In this document: piece after piece, positions 58,901-64,000 of the stretch
Position numbering within the stretch: the first letter of the stretch is position 1
Layout of the letters: each line of letters starts with the position of its first letter
Source of the DNA: Oligoflexales bacterium
GTDB taxonomy: Bacteria > Bdellovibrionota_B > Oligoflexia > Oligoflexales > JAPPIL01
DNA: 64,000 nt
Direction of reading: 5' to 3'
Assembly: GCA_965215515.1 (NCBI GenBank)
Contig: OZ244057.1
Coordinates: 576,001 to 640,000, forward strand
Translations under genes and position numbers: made by a program
The notes under the pieces: model-generated
Seen by the model: the letters and a program-made list of their open reading frames with translations, nothing else
What the model was told of the DNA's origin: nothing
Databases searched by the model: none

Positions 58901-61900
58901 ATGAACACGAACAGGAAGCTCGTGCTGGGTGTCGCTGCCACGTTCCTCTTTTTTGTCGGCTGTGCGTGGCAGCCGAACGCACGGATACGGACTAGTGCCA
59001 CCGATGCTGCCCTTGTTATCGAGTTTCTCGTGCGCAATTCTGACCCGACCATTCGCTTGCCGTTACCGAAGGGTTTCACTTATGATTTTGTGGTAGATTG
59101 GAATGACGGCACTGAATCTTACATCGATTCTCACGACGATCCCGATACCCTGCATAGATATGAGAGGGTAAAGTCCTACCGTGTCAGCATTACTGGTCAG
59201 GTAGGTTCTTGGAGTTTTTGGAAAGTTCCTCACAGCAAAGATCGCATCGTTGCGGTGGAAGATTTGGGTGATGTCGGCTGGCATAGTCTGGCGGGGGCGT
59301 TTTACGATTGTAATTTGCTGGAGAGCACCGCGGGAGGGGACACCTCGGCTGTCACCGACATGAGCTACATGTATCACCGCTCGCCTTTGGTCGTGCCAGA
59401 TACCAGTGCCTTCGATACCAGCAGTGTCACCACGATGCGGGCGATGTTCGATAGGGCTGCCAGTGCCGATCCCGATGTGCGTGTTTGGGACACGAGCAAG
59501 GTCAGAGACATGTCGGGGATGTTTGCCAAGACAAGCGAAGCTCGTCCTCAAACAGACAGGTGGGACACTTCGAAGGTGGTGTTGATGTCGGACATGTTTC
59601 GTGCCGCGCTGGTTGCCAACCCTACGGTCACGCGCTGGAACACGAGCGACGTGAAAGACATGTCGTCGATGTTTGCGGGGGCGGTGGTTGCCGATCCTCA
59701 CGTAAACGACTGGGATACGGGATCGGTTGTTTCCATGTACGGGATGTTCAAGAATGCCACCTCCGCGCGTCCTGACATGTCACGCTGGGATTTCGCTGAG
59801 GTCAAGTTCATGGATGACATGTTCGCGGGTGTGGTGTTGCCGACCTCTACGTACAGCCAGATGCTGACACGAGCTGCACTTACCGCTCGTCAGCAGGAAG
59901 TGGTATTGCACGCGGGGGAAAAGACCCGCTACCACCCTGAGGTTGTGGATTCTCGCGAACTTCTCGTCGAAACCATGCGGTGGGAAATCACCGACGGTGG
60001 CCTGGACACCTCTGCGCAAGAATTTTCCACCCGTTGGGAGGTACGCGGTAGCGATCTGACCGTTAAGCTCCCGCTGGTGTGTGCCGATGGCCGCGGCGGG
60101 CAGTACGATTACAACTTCAAAGTTAACTGGGGTGATGGAGTTGAGTCACAGGTGGTCAGGTGTGATGACAACCTCCGTACGCATACCTACTCGCAGGAGG
60201 GGGTGTACACGGTTACCATCACGGGGTTGTTGGAAGCGTGGAGTTTCAAGGAAGAACCGCACAGCCGTGCTAAACTCACCGATGTCTGGAATCTGGGGTC
60301 GGTGGGCTGGAAAAGTTTACGCGGTGCGTTTGCAGGGTGTAGCAATCTGAACACGGTGGCGGGGGGAGACACTGCGTTGGTAACGGACATGAGCTATATG
60401 TTCCACGACTCTCCCCAGGTCGATGTCGAGGTCGGCGAGTGGGACACCCGTAGGGTCACCGACATGGGGCACATGTTTAAGGATGCGACGGTGGCGCGTC
60501 CTGAGGTCAGTAACTGGGATGTGTCTTCCGTGCTCAACATGACGCAGATGTTCAAAAACGCGACGCGTGCCGAGCCTGACATGTCGGGGTGGAATTTTGC
60601 TCAAGTCGGAAACATGGATGAGATGTTTGTCGGAGTCAAGTTACCTACTACTAACTACGACAAGATGTTGTTATGTCTTTGTGCAACGTCGCAGCGCAAG
60701 GACACGGAGATCAATCTGCACGGGGGGCAGTCGAAGTATAGTTTGCGTGCCTACAGCGCACACGATTTACCATGCAGTGCTGATTCTATGTGTGTCGATG
60801 CTGACGGGAGTGCCATCACTACGGCTGAGGCGGCGCGAGATCAACTCGACAAGAACGAAAATGGCAATTGGGTTATCGACGACGGGGGGCTGGAGCGCAT
60901 TCCTGCACCGTTTGTGACGCGTTGGTATCTGCCGCGCGGCGGTCAGATCACACTGCCCTTGCTGCGGCGGGCAGGATTGTCTTACGCTCTAGAGGTGGAG
61001 TGGTGTGACGGCACGAGAGAAAGCATCAGCGGCGATGAATGGGATGTGGCTGCTGCCACCCACACCTGCCCTCCTCCCGCGTCGAGCGATCTGGAAGACC
61101 TGCCGACGGTCATCATCAGCGGGGATATCGGTACGGGGCGTTGGAGTTGTCGTGATTTTGCGGTTGAAAACAGATGCGACAAGCTCTATGCCGTCGATGA
61201 TCTCGGTGATCTCGGCTGGAAGAATCTCAGCGGGGCGTTTGCTTTTGCCGAGTCGCTGGTGGTTTTTGCAGGGGGGAACACCTCGCAAGTTACCGATATG
61301 AGTTTTATGTTTTTTAGATCCGAGAGGGTACGACCTGAGGTCTCGAATTTCGACGTGAGCAAGGTTGAAAACATGTGGGGGATGTTTCAGGGTGCGTTGT
61401 CCGCTGACCCTGATGTCAGTATGTGGAATACGTCTAGAGTGAAGGATATGGGTTGGATGTTTGCCCAGACTAGGCTGGCCAACCCTGATGTCAGTGATTG
61501 GCGCACGTCCCTTGTGACTAGCACTCAGCGTATGTTTTCTCAGGCGGAGCTGGCTGATCCTGATCTCAGCAATTGGGACATGCAGCAGGTTACAGACATC
61601 AGTTATATGTTTTACCAGGCGCGTCAGGCGACCCCTGATGTTGCGCAGTGGAACACTGCACGGGTGGAGGATATGGCGGGGGTTTTTCGCCGTGCCGACA
61701 AGGCTGATCCCGATGTCGGCAGCTGGGACACATCACGAGTGACGAATATGCACCATATGTTTGCCGATACCAGAAGCGCGACACCAGATGTTAGTCGTTG
61801 GGATGTCGGTCGTGTTACTAATATGCGTGGCATGTTTAGAAATGCGGTCAGTGCTAGACCAGATGTCAGTGACTGGAATGTTGCTAGTGTTGAGGATATG

Positions 61901-62182
61901 AGTTTTATGTTTGCGGGGGCGACGAAAGTTGCGAATAGTTTAAATGTTGCACAGTGGGATTTCCGTGCTGTTGCCAAAATGGGGTCGATGTTCAAGAGCA
62001 TAGCTCTCCGCAGCGACATTTATAGCAAAATGCTGATGAGGATTGAGGAAACGACCACCAAGAAAAACGTAACTCTGCACGCGGGTGGGTCACGGTACAA
62101 TTCACAAGCCGCGGCTGTACGTCAGCGACTCATCGATGACAGGGGGTGGAAAATAACCGACGGCGGTCTGGAGCAAGATTAG
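58901..62182 (+). CDS. Three-module DUF285/BspA-type surface lipoprotein
   Basis: Lipobox FVGC; three PKD-plus-repeat modules, each ending WxIxDGG. Confidence 0.85.
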   Translation: MNTNRKLVLGVAATFLFFVGCAWQPNARIRTSATDAALVIEFLVRNSDPTIRLPLPKGFTYDFVVDWNDGTESYIDSHDDPDTLHRYERVKSYRVSITGQVGSWSFWKVPHSKDRIVAVEDLGDVGWHSLAGAFYDCNLLESTAGGDTSAVTDMSYMYHRSPLVVPDTSAFDTSSVTTMRAMFDRAASADPDVRVWDTSKVRDMSGMFAKTSEARPQTDRWDTSKVVLMSDMFRAALVANPTVTRWNTSDVKDMSSMFAGAVVADPHVNDWDTGSVVSMYGMFKNATSARPDMSRWDFAEVKFMDDMFAGVVLPTSTYSQMLTRAALTARQQEVVLHAGEKTRYHPEVVDSRELLVETMRWEITDGGLDTSAQEFSTRWEVRGSDLTVKLPLVCADGRGGQYDYNFKVNWGDGVESQVVRCDDNLRTHTYSQEGVYTVTITGLLEAWSFKEEPHSRAKLTDVWNLGSVGWKSLRGAFAGCSNLNTVAGGDTALVTDMSYMFHDSPQVDVEVGEWDTRRVTDMGHMFKDATVARPEVSNWDVSSVLNMTQMFKNATRAEPDMSGWNFAQVGNMDEMFVGVKLPTTNYDKMLLCLCATSQRKDTEINLHGGQSKYSLRAYSAHDLPCSADSMCVDADGSAITTAEAARDQLDKNENGNWVIDDGGLERIPAPFVTRWYLPRGGQITLPLLRRAGLSYALEVEWCDGTRESISGDEWDVAAATHTCPPPASSDLEDLPTVIISGDIGTGRWSCRDFAVENRCDKLYAVDDLGDLGWKNLSGAFAFAESLVVFAGGNTSQVTDMSFMFFRSERVRPEVSNFDVSKVENMWGMFQGALSADPDVSMWNTSRVKDMGWMFAQTRLANPDVSDWRTSLVTSTQRMFSQAELADPDLSNWDMQQVTDISYMFYQARQATPDVAQWNTARVEDMAGVFRRADKADPDVGSWDTSRVTNMHHMFADTRSATPDVSRWDVGRVTNMRGMFRNAVSARPDVSDWNVASVEDMSFMFAGATKVANSLNVAQWDFRAVAKMGSMFKSIALRSDIYSKMLMRIEETTTKKNVTLHAGGSRYNSQAAAVRQRLIDDRGWKITDGGLEQD

Positions 62183-62370
62183 GTGTTGGTTTCCAGTAAC
62201 CAAGAAGAAAAACTTTCTCGTCGATCTTGTCCACGTTAACTGTTTGAGCGAGCACGAGTTTTTTGCGGCTCTGGCGGAGTCGGACATCGCTGCGAACAAC
62301 TCTGGCGAGAACACGAAAACGCTCTGGCGGCAGAAAACGCAGGGTTGGCGGGGGACAATGCTTTTTTTGC

Positions 62371-63024
62371 TCAGGGGGAGAACACGATCTCCAGCCTGTC
62401 ATCGTGAATGATGTCCTCGAGGTGAATAAACACCGCACCGCTCGCGACCGCCGTGCCAGAGCCAGTGCTGATCAACAAGCCTGTCACCTCCACCTCAAGA
62501 TAGCCATCGCTGTAAAAAGCGATAACCGTGTTCGGGTAACCAGCGCGCAGCATCGCGGCGGGGTTATCTGGTAAGGGCGAGGAGTGCATTGCCGCGTCGT
62601 CGCGGTATTTAATCCTCGCACCGATGTATCTGCTCGCTTCTTTCCTGAGGCCACTGACCTGTTCGAGAGGAATAGTTGCCCTGTCATCGAAGTCCACCCG
62701 TGCATCACCCTTGTCCCCCATGCCTGAGGCAGACTCGACGGTAAGTTCGATTTGCCGCGCCCTCTTAGCGTCGGCGGACGGAGGCAGTACTGTGACATCC
62801 ACCACCTTCCCGCTCCAACTATGCTCGTCCCGCACATAGTGCACATACTTGCCCCGCAGCTGGTCGGCGAGCACACGCTTGACCCAACGCTCCGACGCAC
62901 CTTGTTCGCCCACAAGAGTGAACAGCAGGCCTGTGCCAGCCACACCCCCTCCGCCATGCCGTAGCAACGGCGCACGCGCCGCCAACAGCGACAAGGCCAC
63001 CAGCACCGACCACCTCAACCACAT
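62371..63024 (-). CDS. Hypothetical exported protein
   Basis: Hydrophobic N-terminus; no recognisable domain. Confidence 0.5.
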   Translation of the reverse strand: MWLRWSVLVALSLLAARAPLLRHGGGGVAGTGLLFTLVGEQGASERWVKRVLADQLRGKYVHYVRDEHSWSGKVVDVTVLPPSADAKRARQIELTVESASGMGDKGDARVDFDDRATIPLEQVSGLRKEASRYIGARIKYRDDAAMHSSPLPDNPAAMLRAGYPNTVIAFYSDGYLEVEVTGLLISTGSGTAVASGAVFIHLEDIIHDDRLEIVFSP

Positions 63025-63163
63025 AGCTCTCTCCCAGATGTACGACGACGGACAACACCCTTACAACTGCGAGGGAAAGGATGTCAAGACTCCAAGAGAG
63101 CCAGTCAGGCCGTGTTGCTGCTCGCTGAGAACGCGAACAGCAACACGCACACAACCTGTTTAA

Positions 63164-63952
63164 TCACTGATCACTGCTGGAGTCTGTACAAATGCCCTGA
63201 TAGATGTGTTCATTCCCTTCGAAACTGCGGCGGGCAAATACACTCTGCCCGTCACGGCAGGGGGTGCCATCCGCATTAAAATATACTAGGAACACATTAT
63301 CGTTATCGTCCTTATTCTCACCCCGACCTGTTGGCGTATTCTGAGAGAGTACCCTGCCCTCGTCATCGACAGTGATAAAGTCAACTTCGCCTTCCTGCCA
63401 GCCAGACGTTGGCGTAGCTAAGGTAAACCTATACCTGGTAAAACTAGTGCCAGCATCGTCGCTACCACCTGGCTCAGCGGACAATATCAGATCGTCATCG
63501 GGTGCGGCAGTAACAGTAACCTCGACATCATCGACACGGGTATCGCCCATGTAATAGACCAACTTGCTGATGCCCTTGTCCGCGGCACCGTCGGTGAAGA
63601 ACAAGCCATCGATACCCCGAAAGCTGTCTCTCGCCTCGGTAACATGGATGTTGCCGCGGCTCCAGCGAGCCAAGGCGTGCTCCACTAACTCACCTTCAGC
63701 GTTGTACACCTCTACCCGTAGCGGCTGATCTTGCAACTCACGCTCTACCTCGTCATACTCGAGCGTGAGTTCCGAGTTAGATAAGCCCTGCGGAGTGACA
63801 GCTACGGAGAAGAAAGTCCTCTCCGCCAGCGTACCTGAGCTGCCATACCTCTCGCCGCGCGGAGCAAACTGGCCCTGATAGGAATAACGCAACCCCGTCA
63901 CCTTCTCTCCGAGATGACAAGAGATGGATCTGAGATCCAGAATGTTAACCAC
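63164..63952 (-). CDS. Hypothetical beta-rich protein (probably begins beyond the window end)
   Basis: Long ORF running to the window edge. Confidence 0.5.
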   Translation of the reverse strand: MVNILDLRSISCHLGEKVTGLRYSYQGQFAPRGERYGSSGTLAERTFFSVAVTPQGLSNSELTLEYDEVERELQDQPLRVEVYNAEGELVEHALARWSRGNIHVTEARDSFRGIDGLFFTDGAADKGISKLVYYMGDTRVDDVEVTVTAAPDDDLILSAEPGGSDDAGTSFTRYRFTLATPTSGWQEGEVDFITVDDEGRVLSQNTPTGRGENKDDNDNVFLVYFNADGTPCRDGQSVFARRSFEGNEHIYQGICTDSSSDQ

Positions 63953-64000
63953 CCCATCTTGATTGACATCGGCACGCCCGAGCGGAATACCCCCACAAGA

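Noticed and set aside
55225..62182. Surface-protein repeats as diversity-generating retroelement targets
   Set aside because: No reverse transcriptase and no TR/VR pair with adenine-specific differences was seen; these are ordinary protein repeats.
108..63554. Numerous short antisense or overlapping ORFs in the six-frame track (for example 415-1059, 44960-45625, 56824-57675)
   Set aside because: They shadow well-supported genes on the other strand or frame and show no motifs.

Overview
Bacterial chromosomal window. GC-rich core genes flank a visibly more AT-rich composite genomic island of about 41 kb (about 3000-44420) that abuts the 3' end of a tRNA-Ala(GGC) gene (44418-44493, minus strand). 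Left flank: a hypothetical gene, a repeat-containing PD-(D/E)XK protein and cmoB. Right flank: hflC, hflK, an alpha/beta hydrolase, dnaE, a CDF transporter, argS and four DUF285/BspA-type surface proteins. The island looks like a tandem accretion of related serine-recombinase elements. The largest is an ICE-like element with VirB2/3/4/5/6/8/9/10-like genes, an FtsK-type ATPase, a Replic_Relax relaxase and a large serine recombinase; its FtsK and recombinase genes are disrupted. Cargo includes two AbiE type IV TA loci, a HEPN-motif protein, RmuC, a DUF1998 SF2 helicase with a partner protein, and a five-gene signalling operon. Top candidates for novelty: (1) a putative peptide quorum-sensing circuit (sigma54 activator, secreted 68-aa His-rich peptide, family-5 solute-binding protein, HExxH peptide-modifying enzyme, hybrid histidine kinase); its sigma54 promoter and CTAC-N8-GTAG palindrome recur in front of the conjugation backbone; (2) a Druantia-like helicase partner ending in an archaeal/eukaryotic ribosomal protein eL13-like domain; (3) a recurrent 17-18 bp motif, GTGGAGC(G/T)AG(A/C)AAGCGG, found at lesions that inactivate the mobility genes. 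All family assignments come from motif recognition by eye; no database searches were run.
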